From a virus (taxonomy: Duplodnaviria > Caudoviricetes), in IMG/VR virus record IMGVR_UViG_3300027766_000001: 64,000 bases of DNA; one strand, 5' to 3'. Positions 36,126 to 46,052 of the stretch are shown here, piece after piece. How positions within the stretch are numbered: position 1 is the stretch's first letter; each line of letters opens with the position of its first letter. The notes beneath the pieces were generated by a model that had not been told where the DNA came from, made no database searches, and worked only from the letters and a program-made list of their open reading frames with translations. The position numbers were made by a program, and so were the translations under genes.

Positions 36126-37235
36126 CTATTTGTCTTTAATACGCTGCCGTATGCTGGCAAGTTCTTTTGTAATAACTTGATCGATACTTTGTGGCATTCC
36201 ACCAATACGAAAGGTATTGTCGTTCTTGATGATGTTCAGGCTGTGTAACACCTCGTTAATCAGAGCACCTTCTTTACGGCCACGGTTAAACGAGTATTCC
36301 ACTTCCAGTAAGAAGTCGACCAACCAGCTGCGTGCAATGATCCACGCCCAACGACTTTGACGCATATCCAAATCAATGGGTAGGCGAATAGCGTTGTAGC
36401 CAGACTGTGTAAAGGTCGGCATCATCATCAGTACGGCTTCCCAATACCGAGGTGTGCGTTTGAGCTCTTTGACGTTGTGCGCAATCACGTTATCGGCCAG
36501 TGTCATGTCATCCATTAGCCAGAACGGTTGACGAGGATTGAGACTGTGGCCTTTAATGCCGCGATACGCTTTGATGGTCCGGTTGATTAAAGCAATGTCG
36601 TTGTGTGACTTCACCAGGTTCTGTACCGGATAGCAGGCTACAAACTGTTGAATGGTCGGGACCGGTTTAGGGTTGGTCTCAGCCACCCACTGGTTGAACT
36701 TGAGCCACTGCAGCGCTAATAAAGGAATGTTAACACTGAGTACAGCAATACCACTTCCACCCATGATCTGACGTTTATCGAGCAGACCGTAGTTGGAGAC
36801 GTCATAAGGGTGACGGTGAACACGCACCGGTTCCATGTCATACCAGGGTGTGGTTAACGCTTCTTCATAGGTAGTCGACGTGGCGATCACAATCTCCATG
36901 ACGCTATCAGGGTAGAAGCTGGATTTACTGATGGTGCCGTAACTGGTACTGGAGGTCATTCCCACGGCATTGGCTAAACGGTAATCACGCAGACGAACTT
37001 CATCGTAGTATTTACGAACATCTTGCGCCGATAATTGTGTAAGCTTGCCCGGTAATTTTATTTGTTTGAGTAGCCTGCAAACCACGTGATTGTTTTGGAC
37101 GTGGAAAGTATTGCGTCTAAAATAATCTTGTGCACGCCCGAGGTTAAGCATAGCAATGTCCCGTAAACGGTCCATCTGCGGGTTCATCATGTTACCATGA
37201 TTGAGCTGCATATCGTTACTGAATAAGGTGTACAT
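36126..37235 (-). CDS. Conserved chimallivirus core protein between DNA polymerase and chimallin
   Basis: 369 aa, GAGGT RBS on the minus strand; typical syntenic position. Confidence 0.65.
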   Translation of the reverse strand: MYTLFSNDMQLNHGNMMNPQMDRLRDIAMLNLGRAQDYFRRNTFHVQNNHVVCRLLKQIKLPGKLTQLSAQDVRKYYDEVRLRDYRLANAVGMTSSTSYGTISKSSFYPDSVMEIVIATSTTYEEALTTPWYDMEPVRVHRHPYDVSNYGLLDKRQIMGGSGIAVLSVNIPLLALQWLKFNQWVAETNPKPVPTIQQFVACYPVQNLVKSHNDIALINRTIKAYRGIKGHSLNPRQPFWLMDDMTLADNVIAHNVKELKRTPRYWEAVLMMMPTFTQSGYNAIRLPIDLDMRQSRWAWIIARSWLVDFLLEVEYSFNRGRKEGALINEVLHSLNIIKNDNTFRIGGMPQSIDQVITKELASIRQRIKDK

Positions 37236-37348
37236 AGCGACCTCGGATATGGCATTCGGTAATAAAAAACATAGTGAGTTATACTATGTGAGATAACATC
37301 TCTCCTCTAGGTTAACGCCTAGTTGCCGAGTGGAGACAGATTCAAACT

Positions 37349-37376
37349 TTTTACAACCCTATATTACCTAAGTGTA
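37349..37376 (+). promoter_or_regulatory. Phage early promoter for chimallin (TATATTAC)
   Basis: TTTTACAACCCTATATTACCTAAGTGTA; core at 37360-37367. Confidence 0.75.
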
Positions 37377-37452
37377 ATTACCATGGTAATTTCATTCGCG
37401 AATGTTAAATATAAGTGGCCCCGCCACTGAACACCAAAAAGGAACAAGCAGT

Positions 37453-39504
37453 ATGAAAACTCGTAACGACCAGCCGCAACCAGCTAACAACTCTCTGGCC
37501 GATGCACTGAACCAGGCGAACGCACAGCAGCAGCCTCAGGCACAACCGCAGGCGCAGCCACAACCTCAGGTTCAACAGCCGCAGGGTACTGCTCAGCAGC
37601 AGCCGATCTTCCAGCAGCCGCAACAGGGCTTCGCTGGTCAGGCGCCGCAGCAGGATGGCCAGGATCGTAACTCTAAGATCTTCGGTCTGAACAACCGCAT
37701 GTCGCGTACCTTCTCTTCTCAGACCTATTCTGAGAACTTCAAGATCGCGAACGAAGCGGTGCAGGAATTCTGCAAACCGTACGAAGGTGATGGCTTCAAC
37801 CAGACCTTCTTCGTAATCCCACTGCAGGACCAGAACCTGCACTGTGCTGCACTGATCTACGTCATGGCTATCAGCCAGTCCGCTTACGGCGTGTACACCT
37901 ACATGCTGGAAAACACCGGTAGCCCGCTGAAGCCGCTGGTAGGTAACGACCAGTTCACTGGCGAGCGCTATGAGCTGCCGCGCATGACCGGTTCTCAGTA
38001 CGATGATATCTACTGGGGTGCCGTGAAGGGCGCAGTAATCCGTCATCTGAAACTGCAGAACAACTCTGCTGTCCAGATCATGGAAGCTGGCGCGGGTGTT
38101 ATCCATGCGGAAATGGATTGGAAAGACGGTGGCGCAATCGGTCGTCTGCTGAACAACGCAGAAAACGCCGTGTACGCTTACGCGAACCGCATCTCTGGCT
38201 ACAAGATCGAAGAGCCGCTGAACCTGGCAACTGCGATCAACCCGCTGGTTGACCGTCTGTCCGCTGGTTTCAACTTCAATCCGCAGCCTCTGATTACGGC
38301 TGATGGTCAGCCGATGCGCAACGACGTAGAGATCAAACTGACCGTGTCTTCTGAAGGCAACGTGCAGGTACAGAACTCTGAGCCGTTCACTACCGTTCAC
38401 GGTTACGTGGAACTGGTAAGCGCAGGTCCGCAGCCGGTCATGATCCCGAACGGTTACGGTCAGATGATGCAGGCGCCGCAGCGCTACTACCCGCAGCTGG
38501 CAATCACTGCCGTTGACCAGGGTATCTTCGACGCAGAAGCACCGGAGTTCCAGGTGCTGGGTCTGTACGTAGCCACCCTGTTGCTGGAAAACAACAACTG
38601 GATGAATGCGTTCGCACCACGTATGGTCGGCGGTGTTGATATCAACGATATCGGCGCACTGAACTACGAACTGCGCATGGGCGTGGATCCGCAAGATCCT
38701 AACGCGCGTCCGAAGAAGATCGATACCAAAACGCACGAGTTCAACAACAACGCACTGCAGCAGCTGCTGAGCCAGGCGTGCTTCCCGAACATGTCCGTAG
38801 TCATGGACATCGAAGAAACTGGTCACCGTAACTGGGTGAACTCCATGTTCCTTCAAGCGGGCGGTATCCCGGGTTCTAACGCAACCATGCTGCCGCAGGA
38901 CGGCCGTCTGGCGCACGAAGCAGTTATCGCTGCTGCGAACAACCTGACCAATGGCGAGTTCAGTAAGTTCTTTACTGACACTACCAAACTGATCACTATC
39001 CGTGACGGTTCTCGTATCCAGGGTGGTTACTACCTGAGCGACGATGGTAAGCGTCTGGACGTTCGTAACGTTGACCTGGTAGCAGTACTGAACTTCCTGG
39101 GTGAATCTGATCCGCGTCGCGTTGAAGAATGGAAAATGATCTGTTCTTCTACCTCTGGCCTGTCTGGTCCGAAACGCATCGCACTGCGTCAGCAGTTCCT
39201 GCAGACTATCCTGGGTGCATCGTACGTGCAGAAATGCTACTACGAGCGCGTCATGATTTCCAACGACTTCCTGGCCGCACTGCGTTCTGCAATCATCGCA
39301 GCCGGTGTTCAGGTTCGTCCGGAGAACATGTCTAACCAGTACAACGCCATGTCTTACGGCATGCCGCTGGCCGCACAGTATGGCTTCAACACCCATACCG
39401 CGTCTTCGCTGCAGGCTGCAGGCTACGGTCAGCTGGATCAGCAGGGTCGTGTCGTACAGTTCGGTAACTACCGTACTCCGTTCGGCCACTTCAACGTCCA
39501 GTAA
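37453..39504 (+). CDS. chmA: Chimallin, major phage nuclear shell protein
   Basis: 683 aa; extremely optimised codons; immediately upstream of the nvRNAP beta-prime gene and two genes from the DNA polymerase (phiKZ gp54 synteny); Q/P-rich N-terminal extension. Confidence 0.85.
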   Translation: MKTRNDQPQPANNSLADALNQANAQQQPQAQPQAQPQPQVQQPQGTAQQQPIFQQPQQGFAGQAPQQDGQDRNSKIFGLNNRMSRTFSSQTYSENFKIANEAVQEFCKPYEGDGFNQTFFVIPLQDQNLHCAALIYVMAISQSAYGVYTYMLENTGSPLKPLVGNDQFTGERYELPRMTGSQYDDIYWGAVKGAVIRHLKLQNNSAVQIMEAGAGVIHAEMDWKDGGAIGRLLNNAENAVYAYANRISGYKIEEPLNLATAINPLVDRLSAGFNFNPQPLITADGQPMRNDVEIKLTVSSEGNVQVQNSEPFTTVHGYVELVSAGPQPVMIPNGYGQMMQAPQRYYPQLAITAVDQGIFDAEAPEFQVLGLYVATLLLENNNWMNAFAPRMVGGVDINDIGALNYELRMGVDPQDPNARPKKIDTKTHEFNNNALQQLLSQACFPNMSVVMDIEETGHRNWVNSMFLQAGGIPGSNATMLPQDGRLAHEAVIAAANNLTNGEFSKFFTDTTKLITIRDGSRIQGGYYLSDDGKRLDVRNVDLVAVLNFLGESDPRRVEEWKMICSSTSGLSGPKRIALRQQFLQTILGASYVQKCYYERVMISNDFLAALRSAIIAAGVQVRPENMSNQYNAMSYGMPLAAQYGFNTHTASSLQAAGYGQLDQQGRVVQFGNYRTPFGHFNVQ

Positions 39505-39510
39505 GTTGTT

Positions 39511-39558
39511 AGCATAACCCCATGGAGGAGAGGGAAACCTCTCCTCCTTTTATGCCCT
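39511..39558 (+). terminator. Terminator after chmA, TTTATGCC class
   Basis: GCATAA...GGAGGAGAGG-GAAA-CCTCTCCTCC-TTTTATGCCC. Confidence 0.85.
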
Positions 39559-39594
39559 ATCACTATTTTTTTACCTGTTGGAAGAGGATAAGTC

Positions 39595-41067
39595 ATGCAG
39601 CCAATAGCCAATGGCGGTGTGTGCGCAACGGTAGCTGATCACGACAAAGCGTTTTTACAGCTGACGTATAGCCCGGTGTTAATCAATGATTTTGATCTTA
39701 GCATCGAAGCAGAACGTGCCAAGCTGAATGCGCAAATGCGTGTGAGCTACGATGCGGACATGTTTAGCGTGAAGCCACGTTGTTTCTGTGGTAAGTTAGA
39801 AGGGGGCGAAAAGGTTGGGCGTGTATGCGGTTCATGTAACACCAAAGTTACAGTGGTAACTGAGGAAGCCATTGAATCACAACTCTGGTTCCAAACACCT
39901 GTAGGCGTTGCCGGCTTTATTAACCCACAGATCTGGACGTTGTTGTTCCAGCCGTTTGTGGTGAAAGGATTCAACCCACTGGAATACTTTGCTGACCGTC
40001 AATATACGCCAGCAAAAAGCAGTGGTGATTACCGTAACAAAGAAATCTACAAACTCTGTAAAGAGATGGGTTTCCCCCGTGGCATGAACAGCCTGGTAGA
40101 GAACTTCGATAAGATCATGACTACGCTGCTGAACTCGTCAGTGGTGCGTGGCAGTAACATCTCATCAGAAGCCCTGCGTAACTATGCGGGTCTCTATCAA
40201 CAATACCGTGAAGTGATCTTCTGTAAGTATCTGCAGCTGCCGTCAAAGCTGGTATTCATTGTTGAATCCAATGCAACCGGTCGCTATGCAGAGCCTGGTA
40301 TGAAGATGGCCCAGGATGCGGCTCTAACGATCTGTGATGCCCGCAAGGAACTCATTGATCAACACGACTTACGGTATAACGAAAACATCGCTATCAAGGT
40401 TGTGCGTGGCCTGGCAAGCTTCTACGCAACCCATGATAAAGATATCTTCGCAGGTAAACCGGGATTGCTTCGTAAGAACATCGGTGGTTCACGCATGCCC
40501 TTTACGGCACGCTGTGTTATCACCTCGAAGACCGGTAATCACGACATGGATGAAGTGGATATCCCGCGGTGTATTGCGATTCCGTTGTTGCGGTTCCACA
40601 TTGCCAACAAGCTGAAGTTACTGGGTTATAATCCGATCCAGATACTGTCGATGATTACCTCATCGATTAAACAGCCGGTGGACGTGATTGATAAGGTGCT
40701 GGATGAGTTAGAACTGGATCCGAACGTTACGGGACCTACAGCACGTCTGATCAAGATCTTCTTGTTACGTAACCCAACCTTACGCTGGTTGTCTAACCGT
40801 CGTTTCTGGGTGCGTATCAACCGCAATCCGGAAGAGATCACCATCAAGATCTCAACCCTGTCTATTATCTCCTCGAACGCTGACTTCGACGGTGATGAGT
40901 TGAACCTGTTAATGGTCACTGATGAAATCATGTCCACGTATGCGGAAGCATTCGGATCCCACAACTGTGTGTTGGATATGAACAGTCCCTTAACCGTATC
41001 GGGTGACATTGCGTTACCGGCTACGTTAATTTCAACCATGAACCGTTGGGCGTACAGTCACGATTAA
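39595..41067 (+). CDS. Non-virion RNA polymerase beta-prime N-terminal/catalytic subunit (phiKZ gp55/56.1-like), uninterrupted
   Basis: Zn motif CFCG...CGSC; RNAP motifs LLRNPTL and catalytic NADFDGDE. Confidence 0.92.
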   Translation: MQPIANGGVCATVADHDKAFLQLTYSPVLINDFDLSIEAERAKLNAQMRVSYDADMFSVKPRCFCGKLEGGEKVGRVCGSCNTKVTVVTEEAIESQLWFQTPVGVAGFINPQIWTLLFQPFVVKGFNPLEYFADRQYTPAKSSGDYRNKEIYKLCKEMGFPRGMNSLVENFDKIMTTLLNSSVVRGSNISSEALRNYAGLYQQYREVIFCKYLQLPSKLVFIVESNATGRYAEPGMKMAQDAALTICDARKELIDQHDLRYNENIAIKVVRGLASFYATHDKDIFAGKPGLLRKNIGGSRMPFTARCVITSKTGNHDMDEVDIPRCIAIPLLRFHIANKLKLLGYNPIQILSMITSSIKQPVDVIDKVLDELELDPNVTGPTARLIKIFLLRNPTLRWLSNRRFWVRINRNPEEITIKISTLSIISSNADFDGDELNLLMVTDEIMSTYAEAFGSHNCVLDMNSPLTVSGDIALPATLISTMNRWAYSHD

Positions 41068-41115
41068 TCCGGTGGGCGGGGTGTAAACTCCCCCGCCTCT
41101 TTTCGGAGATCTTCC

Positions 41116-41805
41116 ATGTACGAGAAATATAAACACAGGCTATCGGAAGCCGAGTTTATCGATTTGGGCAGAACCATTTACGAACGGGATGGATTCTTTA
41201 ACGCGCCTTACTTTCAATACATCGTGGTAGCCTGTAACCAGCCGTCGTTTGACGCGGTGCTGTACTACCTGGCGGTGGTAAAGAAAGAAGTTCGTTTGGA
41301 GCTGATAGAACGTTACAGTAATGAATACGCACATGCTGGCGGTTATACGTTGCGTTATTACAATGGACAAACCGTGGTAAATATTCTTGGCCTCCACATG
41401 AAGGATGTCGATAATTATAACCACTACAGTGCTGACTCTTTCTTCGACGTTCTAGCGCATGAAATCCAACATCTGCTAATCGCATACTACCAGCGGTTTA
41501 ACATCAACCCGGTGTTGGAAGAAGAACCGCATGCGTATATGTCTGGTCTGCTGATGAGAAAGATCCTGCGTATTGTGCGTGCCAACTACGCCGCTGGGTT
41601 TATTCACGTGCCGAACAAGGTGTACGGTTGTGTGGATGGTTTGGGTTTGTTGCCGACCGCTATGCAACCCAGTGTCTTAACTGTATTGTCAGGGACTGTC
41701 AATCAGATGATGACGAACTCAAGTGGGTTAGTAGGGTACCAAAAAGGTATCTGGCAAGCCACCACATACTTCTCAGGGGGTGAATATGTCGAACGCACTC
41801 GTTGA
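41116..41805 (+). CDS. HExxH (zincin-like) motif protein
   Basis: VLAHEIQHLL followed by EEEPHAY. Confidence 0.6.
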   Translation: MYEKYKHRLSEAEFIDLGRTIYERDGFFNAPYFQYIVVACNQPSFDAVLYYLAVVKKEVRLELIERYSNEYAHAGGYTLRYYNGQTVVNILGLHMKDVDNYNHYSADSFFDVLAHEIQHLLIAYYQRFNINPVLEEEPHAYMSGLLMRKILRIVRANYAAGFIHVPNKVYGCVDGLGLLPTAMQPSVLTVLSGTVNQMMTNSSGLVGYQKGIWQATTYFSGGEYVERTR

Positions 41806-42439
41806 GCGTGGGCAACAGGTGATGGATGAGTTTGCACTCAATTGTGCGCCTTTTACTTACCAGGCGTATCTGGTGTTTAACGAACCTGACCTGTTGGCGC
41901 TGAAATCGTATCTGGAAACACTTATCTTACATGACGGTGCGGGGTGGGAAACCTTTAAAGATCTGGATCGCAATTTTGATCTGCTGCATCTTAAAAATGC
42001 TGCAGGCAACAGAGCATTGTCCATCATCTACATGCCGGTGTTTAAGTTCCAGCAACTGGGTACGAACTTCCTGGCGGTGTATCGACGCATAGCGTTACAC
42101 ATCTCTGAGATTGTGTTCAGTGCCGCAGACCTGGCTGGTTATGGTTTAGATAAAAGCCGGGATATGTTTAATCACCTGGTGGGTAACCTGGCCTCGGGTG
42201 CGCTGGTGATGATCGGCCGATACATCGGGGGTAATGTTTGCGCTACGTCAGATGAAGCACGTTTCCTGGACCAGAACCTCACTCGTGAACAATGGTACTA
42301 TGTGGATCGTCTGACACCGACAGCACTGTCTACAGTGGCTCGTGAGCACTTCATGACCGTTACCAATGGACAGGCGTATATCGACTCAAACGGCAATTGG
42401 TTTGCCAAAACTTACTTCCATGACAAACAGCCAGGGTAA
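41786..42439 (+). CDS. Probable divergent paralog of the preceding gene lacking HExxH
   Basis: Shared AP[YF]..Y...N.P...A...YL N-terminal and G.W.A.TYF C-terminal patterns. Confidence 0.55.
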   Translation: MSNALVERGQQVMDEFALNCAPFTYQAYLVFNEPDLLALKSYLETLILHDGAGWETFKDLDRNFDLLHLKNAAGNRALSIIYMPVFKFQQLGTNFLAVYRRIALHISEIVFSAADLAGYGLDKSRDMFNHLVGNLASGALVMIGRYIGGNVCATSDEARFLDQNLTREQWYYVDRLTPTALSTVAREHFMTVTNGQAYIDSNGNWFAKTYFHDKQPG

Positions 42440-42472
42440 CCTGGCTTTTATGCTGATTAAAAGGAAACTTGT

Positions 42473-43177
42473 ATGGGTACTTATTACGGCGTTAACATTC
42501 GTCTTAAATTGAAGAAGGATGCACCAACAGCTGTTCAGCAGTTCATGGACAAGGCGTTGATCGAAGCAGAACTCGAACAGGCGTTGACGGAATTAGCGTT
42601 TCAACCTGTCGATGAAACACATGCGGTGAAGATCGCTAATCTTCGTCAGCATGACGAACTGGGCAATCTGTGCAGTATGATTTGTCAGCGTTCTACGCAT
42701 TTCAGTACTTGGTGCTGGAACGTTAAAGAAGACCGCGGTGATCATTGGTTGTATGAAACGCGTGGTGGTTGCAGTAGCCGCCGTATCGACAAAGTGTTAT
42801 TAATGATGCTGGTTGCGGTACTGGCGCCGTATCTTGATACGGGTGACGATGATATCCTGGCACGTATTCTGGGTGAAGAAGACGTTGAGGAAGACGTGCT
42901 GGTGATCGACCCCACTGGTCGTGAAGCTAATTGGTTTGACGGTTATCGTTACGAAACCCTTAGTGGTGATTTGCACGACAGCGATCACCCAGCTCAATCC
43001 TACTACTCTGGTGTTCTGTCTGATGCAGACGACACACAACCCCACACGCGTTTAATCGCTGAAGATGCCGAGTTCACACCACCGTGGAACTACAAGGCGC
43101 TCGAAGAGTTAAACCAAACTAACAAAGCTAAATGGGATGAAGAAAACGCTGCCAACTGGTGGCAATCCCTTAATTAA
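42473..43177 (+). CDS. Acidic hypothetical phage protein
   Basis: 234 aa, AAGGA RBS; MGTYYGVNIRLKLK start. Confidence 0.7.
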   Translation: MGTYYGVNIRLKLKKDAPTAVQQFMDKALIEAELEQALTELAFQPVDETHAVKIANLRQHDELGNLCSMICQRSTHFSTWCWNVKEDRGDHWLYETRGGCSSRRIDKVLLMMLVAVLAPYLDTGDDDILARILGEEDVEEDVLVIDPTGREANWFDGYRYETLSGDLHDSDHPAQSYYSGVLSDADDTQPHTRLIAEDAEFTPPWNYKALEELNQTNKAKWDEENAANWWQSLN

Positions 43178-43189
43178 AAGAGGCAGTCA

Positions 43190-43633
43190 ATGAGTCGTTA
43201 TTATAAGAAGTCAGACAGCAGCTATGGTGGCGAATGGCAGACGGGTGCGATTGTTCGTGACGTGTGTATTTTGTTCGTGGTGTTTATCGTGTTGTCTATG
43301 GCAGGTTGTCCGTATTACCGTGTGTGGGATCAGCAACAAACTGGTAAAGCCGCGTTAGCACGTGCCGTACAAGATCGTCAGATCTCAATCGAAGATGCAC
43401 GTGCTAAGAAAGAAGCGGCTAAGATGTTGGCTGATGCAGAAATTGAACGGGCTAAAGGCGTGGCGGAAGCTAACCGTATCATTGGTAACTCGTTGAAAGG
43501 TAATGACTCGTATCTACACTACCTCTGGTTGGATTCACTGAAAGACACCAAGAACCAGGTGATCTATGTACCGACCGAAGCCAACATGCCTATCATGGAA
43601 GCCGGGCGGATGGTTGAGACTCCAAACAAGTAG
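43190..43633 (+). CDS. Single-pass membrane protein with SPFH/band-7-like coiled coil
   Basis: Hydrophobic VCILFVVFIVLSMAGC segment, then AEIERAKGVAEANRIIG...YLHYLW...VIYVPTE. Confidence 0.7.
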   Translation: MSRYYKKSDSSYGGEWQTGAIVRDVCILFVVFIVLSMAGCPYYRVWDQQQTGKAALARAVQDRQISIEDARAKKEAAKMLADAEIERAKGVAEANRIIGNSLKGNDSYLHYLWLDSLKDTKNQVIYVPTEANMPIMEAGRMVETPNK

Positions 43634-43655
43634 AAACCTACATTACTACCGTGTA
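43633..43655 (+). promoter_or_regulatory. Phage early promoter (TACATTAC)
   Basis: GAAACCTACATTACTACCGTGTA; core at 43639-43646. Confidence 0.65.
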
Positions 43656-43730
43656 GCCTAGTAAAACCGTACATGGTGGACGCATGCTATACGTAGTAAT
43701 GATCAATACCCCTAAAGTTCAGGAGGACAC

Positions 43731-44363
43731 ATGTTCATTCCAGGCGGTTATGATGCCATGGACGCCGTCCTAGGTCATCGACCACAGGAAAGCACGTTGC
43801 AGTATTTTGATAACCAATATCAGAATATGATGGTGGCGGCACAGCAGGTCGGTAACTCGGCATTGCAGCAGATTTACCAGATCGCACAGCAGACGTATAA
43901 CTACGTGATGGATACCCGTCCGTGGGAGATTGCAGAAGCGCTGACTCGCCAAGCTACACACATGTTTAACCCGAACGCAATTCGCAGCTTAGCAACACTG
44001 GCGGATCTGCAAACGGCGAAGCCTGTGATGCAACGCTGGATCATGGCGAACCCAGAAGTGCGTGAGATGTATCACAACAGCCAGATCGACGGCTACTCAG
44101 CCACGTATGAAGATGCACAACCGGGTATGATCGGTGTGAATCATTACGACTGGCGTTTGGCTACGACTGGCATGGTGGAACACAACGTGGTCGACGATCA
44201 ACCAAGCTGGGCTTCAACCACGTACGTGGAAGAACTCATCGAAGGCGATACTGCACTGTCGTTCCAAGACAAGTGCGATATCAAGATCAGTTGGGCCGCG
44301 TGTCAGCATTTCATGCAGACGCAGCAGTACGATCCAACGTCGGTGTGGAACAACAAACTGTAA
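43731..44363 (+). CDS. Conserved chimallivirus core protein (phiKZ gp59-like by position, tentative)
   Basis: 210 aa, AGGAGG RBS, own early promoter and terminator (about 44368-44398); lies between the nvRNAP beta-prime gene and the SbcD block. Confidence 0.45.
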   Translation: MFIPGGYDAMDAVLGHRPQESTLQYFDNQYQNMMVAAQQVGNSALQQIYQIAQQTYNYVMDTRPWEIAEALTRQATHMFNPNAIRSLATLADLQTAKPVMQRWIMANPEVREMYHNSQIDGYSATYEDAQPGMIGVNHYDWRLATTGMVEHNVVDDQPSWASTTYVEELIEGDTALSFQDKCDIKISWAACQHFMQTQQYDPTSVWNNKL

Positions 44364-44417
44364 TAAAGAAGCCTGGGGTAACACCCAGGCTGTTATGACG
44401 ATCAGAGGTGACTTAAC

Positions 44418-44606
44418 ATGTTTGCAGGCTATGAGCAATTCAACGAGATCTTTGCTGATAAGAAGCAAGAACCCAAGACTCCGCAATACACGCAGGAGCA
44501 TCCTTTATACACCTATGGTTCTGGTACAACCGTAGTGAATGGACAAACGCTGTATACCGCTGGCTCACAACCCCTTCCGAAAGACCAACAACTTTACTCG
44601 TATTAA
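44418..44606 (+). CDS. Small hypothetical protein
   Basis: 62 aa, GAGGTG RBS. Confidence 0.6.
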   Translation: MFAGYEQFNEIFADKKQEPKTPQYTQEHPLYTYGSGTTVVNGQTLYTAGSQPLPKDQQLYSY

Positions 44607-44617
44607 GGATAGCTGTC

Positions 44618-44875
44618 ATGAAAGAGCTTATTGAAACCAAACCGCTGGACTCTGCTTGCAGCGATGTTCAGAAGTTAGGTCGTTTGAATCGTCCAAGTGA
44701 AGTAGACCCAGTCATCATGGAAGTAGGTAATTACCTCGCCACTCCACGTGCCATGGGTCCTGGCCCGCAGAACATGCGTGAGGGCCGTGAACTCAAAGAG
44801 CTGCTTGGCAAAGACAAGTGCTGCAATTGCGGTAACAACTGCGCCAGTAAAAAGGACCGCAGCAATGAAGCGTGA
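44618..44875 (+). CDS. Small hypothetical protein with C-terminal Cys cluster
   Basis: 85 aa; KCCNCGNNC. Confidence 0.6.
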   Translation: MKELIETKPLDSACSDVQKLGRLNRPSEVDPVIMEVGNYLATPRAMGPGPQNMREGRELKELLGKDKCCNCGNNCASKKDRSNEA

Positions 44876-45032
44876 GTTTCAGGATCAATCTGCTATGGGT
44901 GCAATACTGGCCGAAGATGAAACCGTCATCGATCTTAAACGCCCTGAGCCGCGCATCATCTATCATAAACCTGTCAACGGAGTAGACGTCCATGAGATTC
45001 CCTGGCCGCCGAAAGTACAAGCGCAAAAGTAA
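44865..45032 (+). CDS. Small hypothetical protein (55 aa)
   Basis: AAGGA RBS, ATG 44865, overlap coupling. Confidence 0.5.
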   Translation: MKREFQDQSAMGAILAEDETVIDLKRPEPRIIYHKPVNGVDVHEIPWPPKVQAQK

Positions 45033-45306
45033 GTGGGGGACCGGGCCGACGTTGTGTATACCGCCTGACCCGGCGCTGGACAATTTGCTGGCTTCATGGG
45101 GTGATCAATGTCTGGGTCGTGTTGATCCTGGTTTAATACCGGGTTCAATGATCGGTGAACTCAAGCGTGGTGATATGTGTAAGATGGGTGCATTAGAAGG
45201 TGGCCCGCTTCTGGCATCTGCCGCACGTAGTCAGTTGTTGCGCGCTCATGTCCAGATGCTTTCTGGGGGCACAGAGAAGACCGGTTTCGAGCACAAGGAG
45301 CAATAA
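44992..45306 (+). CDS. Hypothetical protein
   Basis: 104 aa, GGAG RBS; stop overlaps the next start. Confidence 0.45.
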   Translation: MRFPGRRKYKRKSKWGTGPTLCIPPDPALDNLLASWGDQCLGRVDPGLIPGSMIGELKRGDMCKMGALEGGPLLASAARSQLLRAHVQMLSGGTEKTGFEHKEQ

Positions 45307-45572
45307 TGTCAACGTCCTTCACGATCAGGCACTATGCTCGCAAACACCGTAGTTGGCGCCATCCGTTATACCACGGTAATGTGTGCGAAGAGCTGTATCA
45401 CCAGATCGCTGAACTCAAGGTTATTCGTCATCACTACGCCTTGCTCCTTAAAACGAACAAGTCTAGTTATAACCGTAATATGTTTGACGCGCTCTGTGTT
45501 AAGATCAAAGACCTGCGTGACCAGTATCATGTCGCGTATCGGGAATCTGATCCTCATCGTAAACCATCATAA
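45306..45572 (+). CDS. Small basic protein
   Basis: 88 aa, AAGGAG RBS, terminator at about 45569-45605. Confidence 0.7.
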   Translation: MSTSFTIRHYARKHRSWRHPLYHGNVCEELYHQIAELKVIRHHYALLLKTNKSSYNRNMFDALCVKIKDLRDQYHVAYRESDPHRKPS

Positions 45573-45634
45573 CAGGCAGGGGTTTCGACCCCTGCCTTTA
45601 TGCCGTTTCTTTTCTTTTATTTTTAAGTTGCAGA

Positions 45635-45666
45635 AAATCTCAGACCTATATGACTGAGGTGTATAA
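45635..45666 (+). promoter_or_regulatory. Phage early promoter variant (TATATGAC)
   Basis: AAATCTCAGACCTATATGACTGAGGTGTATAA, near-identical to the 16255-16283 site. Confidence 0.65.
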
Positions 45667-45724
45667 GAGCAATAAGCTCTGCACATAACCCATTCTTCTG
45701 ATCAATCCAATTAAGGAATTCACT

Positions 45725-45982
45725 ATGAACACCACTGAACTGAACAACGCAACTGTAAACGTAACTGGCCAGGTTGAAGTCGTAGCGGTATCTGCAGCGA
45801 CCAAGAAGCTGAAGAAGATCGCCCTGTTCTCAGTTGGCGCAGCAGCAGCCGGCGTCATCGCTTACCACGGCTACAAGCTGTTCAAGAAAACCCGCGTCGT
45901 TGTCGAAGTAGTCGCTGATCCAACTGTAGACAACGCATCTGAAACTGAAGCAGCGGCGCCAGCAGAAACTGCGCAAGCTTAA
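45725..45982 (+). CDS. Small putative membrane protein
   Basis: 85 aa; KKLKK-IALFSVGAAAAGVIAY-HGYKLFKK hydrophobic segment; optimised codons; AAGGA RBS. Confidence 0.7.
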   Translation: MNTTELNNATVNVTGQVEVVAVSAATKKLKKIALFSVGAAAAGVIAYHGYKLFKKTRVVVEVVADPTVDNASETEAAAPAETAQA

Positions 45983-46052
45983 CTTCCTGTTGGCCTCTGC
46001 GGAGGCCTTCCTTTGTATCACCCGTATCACCTTAACCTGTTGGAGTAACACC

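Noticed and set aside
37405-39489. 694 aa antisense ORF spanning chmA
   Set aside because: Exact antisense shadow of a highly codon-biased gene; no RBS or recognisable motifs. Strong RNY bias removes stops on the opposite strand.
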